DNA of 64,000 nucleotides, taken from Eledone cirrhosa (taxonomy: Eukaryota). The stretch covers positions 232,934,001 to 232,998,000 of the forward strand of contig OZ024743.1 in assembly GCA_964016885.1 (NCBI GenBank), given 5' to 3'. Made by a program: the position numbers and the translations under genes. The notes beneath the pieces are model-generated. The model ran no database searches. It was not told the DNA's origin and saw only the letters and a list, made by a program, of their open reading frames with translations. How positions within the stretch are numbered: the first letter of the stretch is position 1; each line of letters starts with the position of its first letter. Shown here piece by piece: positions 15,001 through 29,532 of this stretch.

Positions 15001-18000
15001 AAGAGTACACCACCGTTTATTACCAAACATTAAACAACACCAAATGTGTTCACCATCGTTTATTACCAAACATTAAACAACACCAAATTTCTTCACCACC
15101 GTTTATTACCAAACATTAAACAATACCAAAAGTGTTCACCACCGTTTATTACCAAACATTAAACAATACCAAATGTCTTCACCATCGTTTATTACCAATC
15201 ATTAAACAACACCAAAAGTCTTCGCCAGCGTTTATTACCAAACATTAAACAACACCAAAAGTGTTAACCACCGTTTATTACCAAACATTAAACAATAACA
15301 AAAGTGTTCACCACCGTTTATTACCAAACATTAAACAACACCAAATGTGTTCACCATCGTTTATTACCAAACATTAAACAACACCAAATTTCTTCACCAC
15401 CGTTAATTACCAAACATTAAACAATATCAAAAGTGTTCACCACCGTTTATTACCAAACATTAAACAATACCAAAAGTCTTCACCATCGTCTATTACCCAA
15501 CATTAAACAACACCAAAAGTGTTCACCACCGTTTATTACCAAACATTAAAGAACACCAAAAGTGTTCACCACCGTTTATTACCAAACATTAAACAATACC
15601 AAAAGTGTTCACCACCGTTTATTACCAAACATTAAACAACACCAAAAGTGTTCACCATCGTTTATTACCAAACATTAAACAATACCAAAAGTGTTCCCTC
15701 CACCCAGGTTTATTACCAAACATTAAACAATACCAAAAGTGTTCACCACCGTTTATTACCAAACATTAAAGAACACCAAAAGTGTTCACCACCGTTTATT
15801 ACCAAACATAAAACAACACCAAATGTGTTCACCACCGTTTATTACCAAAAATTAAACGACACCAAAAGTGTTCACCAACGTTTATTACCAAACATTAAAC
15901 AATACCAAAAGTGTTCACCACTGTTTATCACCAAACATTAAACAACACCAAAAGTGTTCACCACCGTTTATTACCAAAAATTAAACGACACCAAATGTTT
16001 TCACCACCGTTTATTACCAAACATTATACAATACCAAAGTGTTTAACCCCCCCCCCCCTCGTTTATCACCAAACATTAAACAATACCAAAAGTGTTCACC
16101 ACCGTTTATGACCAAACATTAAACAACACGAAAGTCTTCACCACCGTTTATCACCTAACATTAAACAACACCAAAAGTTTTCAGCACCGTTTACTATCGG
16201 ACATTAAACAACACCAAAAGTCTTCACCACCATTTATTACCAGACATTAAACAACACCGAAAGTGTTCACCACCGTTTATTACCAAACAATAAACAACAC
16301 CAAAAGTCTTCACACCGTTTATCACCAAATATTAAACAATTCCTAAAGTGTTCACCACCGTTTATTACCAAACATTAAACAATACCAAAAGTCTTCAGCA
16401 TCGTTTATTACCAATCATTAAACAACACCAAAAGTCTTCGCCACCGTTTATTACCAGGCAATAAACAACACCAAAAGTCTTCACACCGTTTATCACCAAA
16501 TATTAAACAATACCAAAAGTTTTCACCACCGTTTATTACCAAATATTAAACAACACCAAAAGTATTCACCGCCGTTTATTACAAACATTAAACAACACCA
16601 AAAGTGTTCACCCCACCCTCGTTTATCAGCAAACATTAAACAACACCAAAAGTGTTCACCACTGTTTATTACCAAACATTAAACAACACCAAAAGTGTTC
16701 ACCACTGTTTATTACCAAACATTAAACAATACCAAAATGTTCATAACCGTTTATTACCAAGCATTAAACAATAACAAAAGTGTTCGCCAACGTTTATTAC
16801 CAAACATTAAACAACACCAAAAGTGTACACCACCGTTTATTACCAAACATTAAACAATACCAAAAGTGTTCATCACCGTTTATTACCAAATATTAAACAA
16901 CACCAAAAGTGTTCATCACCGTTTATTACCAAACATTAAACAATACCAAAAGTTTTAACCCCACCCTCGTTTATCACCAAACATTAAATAATACCAAAAG
17001 TATTCACCACCGTTTATTACCAAACGTTAAACAACACCAAATGTGTTTACCACCGTTTATTACCAAACATTAAACAACACCAAAAGTGTTCACCACCGTT
17101 TATTACCAAATATTAAACAATATCAAAAGTGTTCACCCCACCCTTGTTTACCACCAAACATTAAACAATACCAAAAGTGTTCACCCCACCCTCGTTTATC
17201 ACCAAACATTAAACAATACCAAGTGTTCACCACCGTTTATTACCAAACATTATACAACACCAAAAGTCTTCACCATCTTTTATTACCAATCATGAAACAA
17301 CACCAAAAGTGTTCACCCCACCCTCGTTTATTACCAAACATAAAACAACACCAAAAGTGTTCACCACCGTTTATTACCAAACATTAAACAACACCAAAAG
17401 TGTTCACCACCGTTTATTACCAAACATTAAACAATACCAAAAGTGTTCACCACCGTTTATTACCAAACATTAAACAACACCAAAAGTGTTCACCATCGTT
17501 TATTACCAAACATTAAACAACACCAAAAGTGTTCACCCACCACCGTTTATTACCAATCATTAAACAACACCAAAATATTTCACCACCGTTTATTACCAAA
17601 CATTAAACAACACCAAAAGTCTTCACCACCGTTTATTACCAAACAATAAACAACACCAAAAGTCTTCACACCGTTTATCACCAAATATTAAACAATACCA
17701 AAAGTGTTCACCACCGTTTATTACCAAACATTAAACAATACCAAAAGTGTTCACCACCGTTTATTACCAAACATTATACAACACCAAAAGTGTTCACCAC
17801 CGTTTATTACCAAACATAAAACAACGCCAAAAGTGTTCACCACCGTTTATCACCAAACATTAAACAATACCAAAAGTCTTCACCACCGTTTATTACCAAA
17901 TATTAAACAACACCAAAAGTATTCACCGCCGTTTATTACAAACATTAAACAACACCAAAAGACTTCACCCCACCCGCGTTTATCACCAAACTTTAAACAA

Positions 18001-21000
18001 TACCAAAAGCGTGCACCACCGTTTATACCAAACATTAAACAATATCAAAAGTGTTCACCACCGATTATTAGCAAACATTAAACAATACCAAAAGTGTTCA
18101 CCCCACCCTCGTTTATCAGCAAACATTAAACAACACCAAAAGTGTTCACCACTGTTTATTACCAAACATTAAACAATACCAAATGTGTTCACCACCGTTT
18201 GTTACCAAACATTATACAATACCAAAAGTGTTCACCATCGTTTATTACCAAGCACTAAACAATAACAAAAGTGTTCGCCAACGTTTATTACCAAACATTA
18301 AACAACACCAAAAGTATACACCACCGTTTATTACCAAACATTAAACAATACCAAAAGTGTTCACCAACGTTTATTACCAAATATTAAACAACACCAAAAG
18401 ACTTCACCATCACTTATTACCAAACATTAAACAACACCAAAACTCTTCACCATCGTTTATTACCAATCAATAAACAACAGCAAAAGTATTTACCACTGTT
18501 TATTACCAAACATTAAACAACACCAAAAGTGTTCACCACCGTTTATTACCAAACATTGAACAACACCAAAAGTGTTCACCATCGTTTTTCACCAAACATT
18601 AAACAACACCAAAAGTGTTCTCGACCGTTTATTACCAAACATTAAACAACACCAAAAGTGTTCACCATCGTTTATTACCAAACATTAAACAACACCAAAA
18701 GTGTTCATCACCGTTTATTGCCAGACATTAAACAACACCAAAAGTGTTCACCACCGTTTATTACCAAACATTAAACAATACCAAAAGTGTTCACCACCGT
18801 TTATTACCAAACATTAAACAACACCAAAAGTGTTCACCATCGTTTATTACCAAACATTAGACAACACCAAAAGTGTTCACCCACCACCGTTTATTACCAA
18901 TCATTAAACAACACCAAAATTGTTCACCACCGTTTATTTCCAAACATTAAACAACACCAAAACTCTTCACCATCGTTTATTACCAATCAATAAACAACAG
19001 CAAAAGTATTTACCTCTGTTTATTACCAAACATTAAACAACACCAAAAGACTTCACCATCGCTTATTACCAATCATTAAACAACACCAAAAGTGTTCACC
19101 ACCGTTTATTACCAAACATTAAAGTACACCAAAAGTGTTCACCACCATTTATTACCAAACATTGAACAACACCAAAAGTGTTCACCATCGTTTTTCACCA
19201 AACATTAAACAACACCAAAAGTGTTCTCGACCGTTTATTACCAAACATTAAACAACACCAAAAGTGTTCACCATCGTTTATTACCAAAGATTAAACAACA
19301 CCAAAAGTCTTCACCATCGTTTATTACCAATCATTAAACAATACCAAAAGTATTCACCACCGTTTATTACCAAACATTTAACAATACCAAAAGTGTTCAC
19401 CACCGTTTATTACCAAACATTAAACAATAACAAAAGTGTTCGCCAACGTTTATTACCAAACATTAAACAACACCAAAAGTGTACACCACCGTTTATTACC
19501 AAACATTAAACAATACCAAAAGTGTTCATCACCGTTTATTACCAAATATTAAACAACACCAAAAGTGTTCATCACCGTTTATTACCAAACATTAAACAAT
19601 ACCAAAAGTTTTAACCCCACCCTCGTTTATCACCAAACATTAAATAATACCAAAAGTATTCACCACCGTTTATTACCAAACGTTAAACAACACCAAATGT
19701 GTTTACCACCGTTTATTACCAAACATTAAACAACACCAAAAGTGTTCACCACCGTTTATTACCAAACATTAAACAATATCAAAAGTGTTCACCCCACCCT
19801 CGTTTACCACCAAACATTAAACAATACCAAAAGTGTTCACTCCACCCTCGTTTATCACCAAACATTAAACAATACCAAGTGTTCACCACCGTTTATTACC
19901 AAACATTATACAACACCAAAAGTCTTCACCATCTTTTATTACCAATCATGAAACAACACCAAAAGTGTTCACCCCACCCTCGTTTATTACCAAACATAAA
20001 ACAACACCAAAAGTGTTCACCACCGTTTATTACCAAACATTAAACAACACCAAAAGTGTTCACCACCGTTTATTACCAAACATTAAACAATACCAAAAGT
20101 GTTCACCACCGTTTATTACCAAACATTAAACAACACCAAAAGTGTTCACCATCGTTTATTACCAAACATTAAACAACACCAAAAGTGTTCACCCACCACC
20201 GTTTATTACCAATCATTAAACAACACCAAAATTTTTCACCACCGTTTATTACCAAACATTAAACAACACCAAAAGTCTTCACCACCGTTTATTACCAAAC
20301 AATAAACAACACCAAAAGTCTTCACACCTTTTATCACCAAATATTAAACAATACCAAAAGTGTTCACCACCGTTTATTACCAAACATTAAACAATACCAA
20401 AAGTGTTCACCACCGTTTATTACCAAACATTATACAACACCAAAAGTGTTCACCACCGTTTATTACCAAACATAAAACAACGCCAAAAGTGTTCACCACC
20501 GTTTATCACCAAACATTAAACAATACCAAAAGTCTTCACCACCGTTTATTACCAAATATTAAACAACACCAAAAGTATTCACCGCCGTTTATTACAAACA
20601 TTAAACAACACCAAAAGACTTCACCCCACCCGCGTTTATCACCAAACTTTAAACAATACCAAAAGCGTGCACCACCGTTTATACCAAACATTAAACAATA
20701 TCAAAAGTGTTCACCACCGATTATTAGCAAACATTAAACAATACCAAAAGTGTTCACCCCACCCTCGTTTATCAGCAAACATTAAACAACACCAAAAGTG
20801 TTCACCACTGTTTATTACCAAACATTAAACAATACCAAATGTGTTCACCACCGTTTGTTACCAAACATTATACAATACCAAAAGTGTTCACCATCGTTTA
20901 TTACCAAGCACTAAACAATAACAAAAGTGTTCGCCAACGTTTATTACCAAACATTAAACAACACCAAAAGTATACACCACCGTTTATTACCAAACATTAA

Positions 21001-24000
21001 ACAATACCAAAAGTGTTCACCAACGTTTATTACCAAATATTAAACAACACCAAAAGACTTCACCATCGCTTATTACCAAACATTAAACAACACCAAAACT
21101 CTTCACCATCGTTTATTACCAATCAATAAACAACAGCAAAAGTATTTACCACTGTTTATTACCAAACATTAAACAACACCAAAAGTGTTCACCACCGTTT
21201 ATTACCAAACATTGAACAACACCAAAAGTGTTCACCATCGTTTTTCACCAAACATTAAACAACACCAAAAGTGTTCTCGACCGTTTATTACCAAACATTA
21301 AACAACACCAAAAGTGTTCACCATCGTTTATTACCAAACATTAAACAACACCAAAAGTGTTCACCCACCACCGTTTATTACCAATCATTAAACAACACCA
21401 AAATTGTTCACCACCGTTTATTTCCAAACATTAAACAACACCAAAACTCTTCACCATCGTTTATTACCAATCAATAAACAACAGCAAAAGTATTTACCAC
21501 TGTTTATTACCAAACATTAAACAACACCAAAAGACTTCACCATCGCTTATTACCAATCATTAAACAACACCAAAAGTGTTCACCACCGTTTATTACCAAA
21601 CATTAAAGTACACCAAAAGTGTTCACCACCATTTATTACCAAACATTGAACAACACCAAAAGTGTTCACCATCGTTTTTCACCAAACATTAAACAACACC
21701 AAAAGTGTTCTCGACCGTTTATTACCAAACATTAAACAACACCAAAAGTGTTCACCATCGTTTATTACCAAAGATTAAACAACACCAAAAGTCTTCACCA
21801 TCGTTTATTACCAATCATTAAACAATACCAAAAGTATTCACCACCGTTTATTACCAAACATTTAACAATACCAAAAGTGTTCACCACCGTTTATTACCAA
21901 ACATTAAACAACACCAAAAGTGTTCACCACCGTTTATTACCAAACATAAAACAACACCAAAAGTGTCACCACCGTTTATCACCAAACATTAAACAATACC
22001 AAAAGTGTTCACCACCGTTTATTACCAAATATTAAACAACACCAAAAATATTCACCTCCGTTTATTACAAACAATAAACAACACCAAAAGTCATCACCCC
22101 ATCCGGGTTTATCACCAATCTTTAAAGAATACCAAAAGCGTTCAGCTCCGTTTATACCAAACATTAAACAATATCAAAAGTGTTCACCACCGTTTATTAG
22201 CAAACATTAAACAATACCAAAAGTGTTCACCCCACCCTCGTTTATCAGCAAACATTAAACAACACCAAAAGTGTTCACCACCGTTTATTACCAAACATTA
22301 AACAATACCAAATGTGTTCACCACCGTTTGTTACCAAACATTACACAATATCAAAAGTGTTCACCACCGTTTATTACCAAACATTAAACAATAACAAAAG
22401 TGTTCGCCAACGTTTATTACCAAACATAAAACAATACCAAAAGTGTACACCACCGTTTATTACCAAACATTAAACAATACCAAAAGTGTTCACCCCACCC
22501 TCGTTTATCACCAAACATTAAACAATACCAAAAGTGTTCACCACCGTTTATTACCAAACATTAAACAATACCAAAAATGTTCAACCCACCGTCGTTTGTC
22601 ACCAAACATTAAACAACACCAAAAGTGTTCACCACTATTTATTACCAAACATTAAACAACACCAAAAGTGTTCACCACAGTTTATTACCAAACATTAAAC
22701 AACACCAAAGTGTTCATGACCGTTTATCACCAAACATTAAACACTACCAAAACTGTTCACCACCGTTTATTACCAAACAGTAAACAACACCAAAAGTGTT
22801 CATCACCGTTTATTACCTACATTAAACAACACCAAAAGTCTTCACCACCGTTTATTACCGAACATTAAACAACACCAAAAGTGTTCACCACCGTTTATTA
22901 CCAAACATTAAACAACACCAAAAGTGTTCACCCCACCCTCGTTTACCACCAAACATTAAACAATACCAAAAGTGTTCACCCCACCATCGTTTATCACTAA
23001 ACATTAAACAATACCAAGTGTTCACCACCGTTTATTACCAAACATTAAACAACAGCAAAAGTGTTCACCACCGTTTATTACCAAACAGTAAACAACACCA
23101 AAAGTGTTCACCACCGTTTATTACCTACATTAAACAACACCAAAAGTCTTCACCACCGTTTATTACCAAACATTAAACAACACCAGAAGTCTTCACCACC
23201 GTTTATTACCAAACATTAAACAATACCCAAAGTGTTCACCCCACCCTCGTTTACCACCAAACATTAAACAATACCAAAAGTGTTCACCCCACCCTCGTTT
23301 ACCACCAAACATTAAACAATACCAAGTGTTCACCACCGTTTATTACCAAACATTAAACAACACCAAAAGTGTTCACCAACGTTTATTACCAAACATTAAA
23401 CAACACCAAAAGTGTTCACCACTGTTTATTACCAAACATTAAACAACAACAAAAGTGTTCACCACCGTTTATTACAAAACATTAAACAATACCAAAAGTG
23501 TTCACCCAACCTCGTTTATTACCAAACATTAAACAACACCAAAAGTGTTCACCACCGTTTATTGCCAGACATTAAACAACACCAAAAGTATTCACCACCG
23601 TTTATTACCAATCATTAAACAATACCAAAAGTGTTCACCACCGTTTAATACCAAACATTAAACAACACCAAATGTCTTCACCACCGTTTATTACCAAACA
23701 TTAAACAACACCAAAAGTGTTCACCGCCGTTTATTACCAAATATTAAACAACACCAGATGTGTTCACCACCGTTTATTACCAAACATTAAACACCAAAAG
23801 TCTTCACCACCGTTTATTACCAAACATTAAACAACACCAAAAGTCTTCACCACCGTTTATTACCAACACATTAAACAACAACAAAAGTGTTCACCAGCGT
23901 TTATTATCAAACATTAAACAACACCATTAGTGTTCACCACCGTTTACTACCAATCATTAAAGAATACCAAAGGTGTTCAACACCGTTTATTACCAAACAT

Positions 24001-27000
24001 TAAACAACACCAAAAGTGTTCACCACCGTTTATTACCAAACATTAAACAATACCAAAAGTGTCCACCCCTATTGTTTATCACGAAACATTAAACAATACC
24101 AAATGTGTTCACCACCGTTTATTACCAAACATTAAACAACACCAAAAGTCTTCAACACCGTTTATTACCAAACATTAAACAACACCAAAAGTGTTCACCA
24201 CCGTTTATTACCAAACATTAAACAATACCAAAAATGTTCACCCCACCCTCGTTTATCACCAAACATCAAACATCACCAAAAGTGTTCACCACCGTTTATT
24301 ACCAAACATTAAACAACACCAAAAGTGTTCACCACCGTTTATTACCAAACATTAAACAATACCAAAAGTGTTCCGCCCACCCTCGTTTATTACCAAACAT
24401 TAAACAATACCAAATGCGTTCACCACCGTTTATTACCAAACATTAAACAACACAAAAAGTGTTCACCACCGTTTATTACCAAACATAAAACAACACCAAA
24501 AGTGTTCACCACCGTTTATCAACAAACATTAAACAAAACCAAAAGTCTTCACCACCGTTTATTACCAAACATTAAACAATATCAAAAGTGTTCACCGCCG
24601 TTTATTAGCAAACATTAAACAATACCAAAAGTGTTCACCCCACCCTCGTTTATTACCAAATATAAACAACACCAAAAGTGTTCACCACTGTTTATTACCA
24701 AACATTAAACAATACCAAAAGTGTTCACAACCGTTTATTACCAAACATTAAACAACACCAGAAGTCTTCACCACCGTTTATTACCAAACATTAAACAACA
24801 CCAAAAGTCTTCACCAACGTTTATTACCAAACATTAAACAACACCAAATGTGTTCACCAACGTTTATTACCAAACATTAAACAATACCAAAAGTGTTCAC
24901 CACTGTTTATCACCAAACATTAAACAACACCAAAAGTGTTCACCACCGTTTATTACCAAAAATTAAACGACACCAAATGTTTTCACCACCGTTTATTACC
25001 AAACATTATACAATACCAAAGTGTTTAAACCCCCCACCCCCACCCCCTCGTTTATTACCAAACATTAAACAATACCAAAAGTGTTCACCACCGTTTATGA
25101 CCAAACATTAAACAACACGAAAGTCTTCACCACCGTTTATCACCAAACATTAAACAATACCAAAAGTGTTCACCACCGTTTATTACCAAACATTAAACTA
25201 TACCAAAAGTTTTAACCCCACCCTCGTTTATCACCAAACACTAAACAATACCAAAAGTGTTGACCACCGTTTATTACCAAACATTAAACAACACCAAATG
25301 TCTTCACCACCGTTTATTACCAAACATTAAACAACACCAAAAGTGTTCATCCCACCCTCGTTTATTACCAAACATTAAAGAATACCAAAAGTGTTCACCC
25401 CACCTTTGTTTATCACCAAACATTAAACAATACCAAAAGTGTTCACCACCGTTTATTACCAACCATTAAACAATACCAAAAGTGTTCACCACCGTTTATT
25501 ACCAAACATTAAACAATACCGAAAGTGTTCACCCCACCCCCGTTTATCACCAAACATTAAACAACACCAAAAGTGTTCACCACCGTTTATTACCAAGCAT
25601 TAAAGAACACCAAAAGTGTTCACCACCGTTTATTACCAAACATTAAACAACACCAAAAGTGTTGACCACCGTTTATTACCAAACATTAAACAATACCGAA
25701 AGTGTTCACCCCACCCTCGTTTATCACCAAACATTGAACAACACCAAAAGTGTTCACCCTACCCTCGTTTATTACCAAACATTAATCAACACCAAAAGTG
25801 TTCACCACCGGTTATTACCAATCATTAAACAATACCGAAAGTGTTCACCCCACCATCGTTTATCACCAAACATTAAACAACACCAACAGTGTTCACCACC
25901 GTTTATTACCAAACATTAAACAACACCAAAACTCTTCACCACCGTTTATTACCAAGCATTAAACAACACCAAAAGTGTTCACCACCGTTTATTACCAAAC
26001 ATTAAACAATACCAAAAGTGTTCACCCCACCCTCGTTTATCACCAAATATTAAACAATACCAAAAGTGTTCACCACCGTTTATTACCAAACATTAAACAA
26101 CACAAAGTGTTCACCACCGTTTATTACCAAACATTAAACAATACCAAAACTGTTCAACACCGTTTATCACCAAACATTAAACAATACCAAAACTGTTCAA
26201 CACCGTTTATCACCAAACATTAAACATACCAAAACTGTTCAACACCGTTTATTACCAAACATTAAACAATACCAAAAGTGTTCACCCCACCCTCGTTTAT
26301 CACCAAATATTAAACAATACCAAAAGTGTTCACCACCGTTTATGACCAAACATTAAACAACACGAAAGTCTTCACCACCGTTTATCACCAAACATTAAAC
26401 AATACCAAAAGTGTTCACCCAACCCTCGTCAATCACCAAACATTAAACAATACCGAAAGTGTTCACCACCGTTTATTACCAAACATTAAACAAAAACCAA
26501 ATGTCTTCACCACCGTTTATTACCAAAGATTAAACAATACCAAAAGTGTTCACCCGACCCTCGTTTATCACCAAACATTAAACAACACCAAAAGTGTTCA
26601 CCACCGTTTATCGCCAAACATTAAACAACATCAAAAATGTTCACCACCGTTTATTACCAAACATTAAACAATACCAATAGTGTTCACCCTCGTTTATTAC
26701 CAAACATTAAACAACACCAAAAGTGTTCACCACCGTTTATTACCAAACATTAAACCATACCAAAAGTGTTCCCCCCACCCTCGTTTATTACCAAACATTA
26801 AACAATACCAAAAGTGTTCACCACCGTTTATTACCAAACATTAAACAACACCAAAAGTCTTCACCACCGTTTGTTAACAAACATAAAACAACACCATAAG
26901 TGTTCACCACCGTTTATCACCAAACATTAAACAATACCAAATGTCTTCACCACCTTTAATTACCAAACATTAAACAACACCAAAAGTATTCACCGCCGTT

Positions 27001-29137
27001 TATTACAAACATTAAACAACACCAAAAGTCTTCACCCCACCCGCGTTTATCACCAAACTTTAAACAATACCAAAAGCGTTCACCACCGTTTATACCAAAC
27101 ATTAAACAATATCAAAAGTGTTCACCGCTGTTTATTAGCAAACATTAAACAATACCAAAAGTGTTCACCCCACCCTCGTTTATCACCAAACATTAAACAA
27201 CACCAAAAGTGTTCACCACTGTTTATTACCAAACATTAAACAATACCAAAAGTGTTCACCACCGTTTATTACCAAACATTAAACAACACTAAAAGTGTTC
27301 ACCACCGTTTTTTACCAAACATTAAACAACACCAAAAGTGTTCACCACCGTTTATTACCAAACATTAAACAACACCAAAAGACTTCACCACCGTTTATTA
27401 CCAAACATTAAACAACACCAAAAGTGTTCACCAACGTTTATTACCAAACATTAAACAATGCTAAAAGTGTTCACCACTGTTTATCACCAAACATTAAACA
27501 ACACCAAAAGTGTTCACCACCGTTTATTACCAAAAATTAAACGACACCAAATGTTTTCACCACCGTTTATTACCAAACATTATACAATACCAAAGTGTTT
27601 AATCCCCCCCCACCCCCTCGTTTATCACCAAACATTAAACAATACCAAAAGTGTTCACCACCGTTTATGACCAAACATTAAACAATACCGAAAGTGTTCA
27701 CCCCACCCTCGTTTATCACCAAACATTGAACAATACCAAAAGTGTTCACCCTACTCTCGTTTATTACCAAACATTAAACAACACCAAAAGTGTTCACCAC
27801 CGTTTATTACCAAACATTAAACAATACCGAAAGTGTTCACCCCACCCTCGTTTATCACCAAACATTAAACAACACCAAAAGTGTTCACCACCGTTTATTA
27901 CCAAACATTAAACAACACCAAAACTCTTCACCACCGTTTATTACCAAGCGTTAAACAACACCAAAAGTGTTCACCACCGTTTATTACCAAACATTAAACA
28001 ACACCAAAAGTGTTGACCACTGTTTATTACCAAACATTAAACAACACCAAAAGTGTTCACCACCGTTTAATACCAAACATTAAACAATACCAAAAGTGTT
28101 CACCCCACTCTCGTTTATCACCAAACATTAAACAATACCAAAAGTGTTCACCACCGTTTATTACCAAACATTAAACAACACCAAAAGTGTTCACCACCGT
28201 TTATTACCAAACATTAAACAATACCAAAAGTGTTCACCACCGTTTATCACCAAACATTAAACAATACCAAAACTGTTCACCACCGTTGATCACCAAACAT
28301 CAAACAATACCAAAAGTGTTCACCACCGTTTATGACCAAACATTAAACAACACGAAAGTCTTCACCACCGTTTATCACCAAACATTAAATAATACCAAAA
28401 GTGTTCACCCCACCCTCGTCAATCACCAAACATTAAACAATACCAAAAGTGTTCACGACCGTTTATTACCAAACATTAAACAAAACCAAATGTCTTCACC
28501 ACCGTTTATTACCAAAGATTAAACAATACCAAAAGTGTTCACCCCACCCTCGTTTATCACCAAACATTAAACAACACCAAAAGTTTTCACCACCGTTTAT
28601 TACCAAACATTAAACAATACCAAAAGTGTTCACCCTCGTTTATTACCAAACATTAAACAACACCAAAAGTGTTCACCACCGTTTATTACCAAACATTAAA
28701 CAATACCGAAAGTATTCACACCACCCTCGTTTATCACCAAACATTAAACAACACCAAAAGTGTTCACCACCGTTTATTACCAAACATTAAACAACACCAA
28801 ATGTCTTCACCACCGTTTATTACCAAACATTAAACAACACCAAATGTCTTCACCACCGTTTATTACCTAAGATTAAATAATACCAAATGTGTTCACCCCA
28901 CCCTCGTTTATCACCAAACATTGAACAACACCAAAAGTGTTCACCCCACCCTCGTTTATTACCAAACATTAAACAACACCAAAAGTGTTCCCCACCGTGT
29001 ATTACCAAACATTAAACAATACCGAAAGTGTTCACCCCACCCTCGTTTATTACCAAACATTAAACAACACCAAAAGTTTTCAGCACCGTTGCTTATCACT
29101 AAGTATTTAATAATACCGAAAATGTTCACATCTGTTT
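1..29137 (+). repeat. Tandem satellite array, 43-bp monomer (AAAAGTGTTCACCACCGTTTATTACCAAACATTAAACAAYACC) with interspersed 48-bp variants; begins before the window
   Basis: Monomer repeats head-to-tail throughout; the 48-bp variant carries CACCCCACCCTCGTTTATCACC; roughly 650 copies estimated from length; the last monomers (29081-29137) are degenerate. Confidence 0.98.
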
Positions 29138-29227
29138 ATACATATATATTTATGGTTCCGCCATTCCTGATAGTGTCGTAGGGGCTCCATAATAGCATCC
29201 GGCGTTTATTGGTCATTTTTATATATG
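29081..29227. repeat. Left arm of inner inverted repeat (degenerate monomers plus unique flank)
   Basis: Reverse complement of 29533-29663; CCATAATAGCATCCGGCGTTT and TAATAATACCGAAAATGTTCACATCTGTTTATA occur in both arms, with several substitutions and indels elsewhere. Confidence 0.93.
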
Positions 29228-29321
29228 GCGGAGCCCATCTCCTCTGCAGGTCAGAAGAGTGCAGATTTCTTCCTGATAGGGATAGAAACTGAGAGAGAGA
29301 GGAAGAAATATATATACAGGA

Positions 29322-29438
29322 AAAATCGACCCCAGCTTTAGACTGCTACTTTTTTAGCGACCTCTAAAGGATGAAAAGCAAAGTTGACCTCGGTAGGATT
29401 TGAACTCAGAGATAAGAGAGCCGAGACAAGTACTGCAA
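29322..29438 (-). mobile_element. tRNA-derived SINE fragment
   Basis: Minus strand reads TCTGAGTTCAAATCCTACCGAGGTCAACTTTGCTTTTCATCCTTTAGAGGTCG, matching the SINE at 38040-38227 (B-box-like GAGTTCAAATC plus central domain). Confidence 0.85.
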
Positions 29439-29499
29439 TGGTGTAGGATTGGTACTTCTTAGTGATGGGTTAGTGATATGGAGTGGTGGGTTAGTACAA

Positions 29500-29532
29500 C
29501 GAAGGTCAACTTTGCTTTTCATCCAATCGGGG
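29500..29532 (+). mobile_element. Short SINE central-domain fragment, cut off at the start of the right inverted-repeat arm
   Basis: GAAGGTCAACTTTGCTTTTCATCCAATCGGGG versus GAGGTTAACTTTGCCTTTCATCCTTACGGGG in other copies. Confidence 0.7.
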
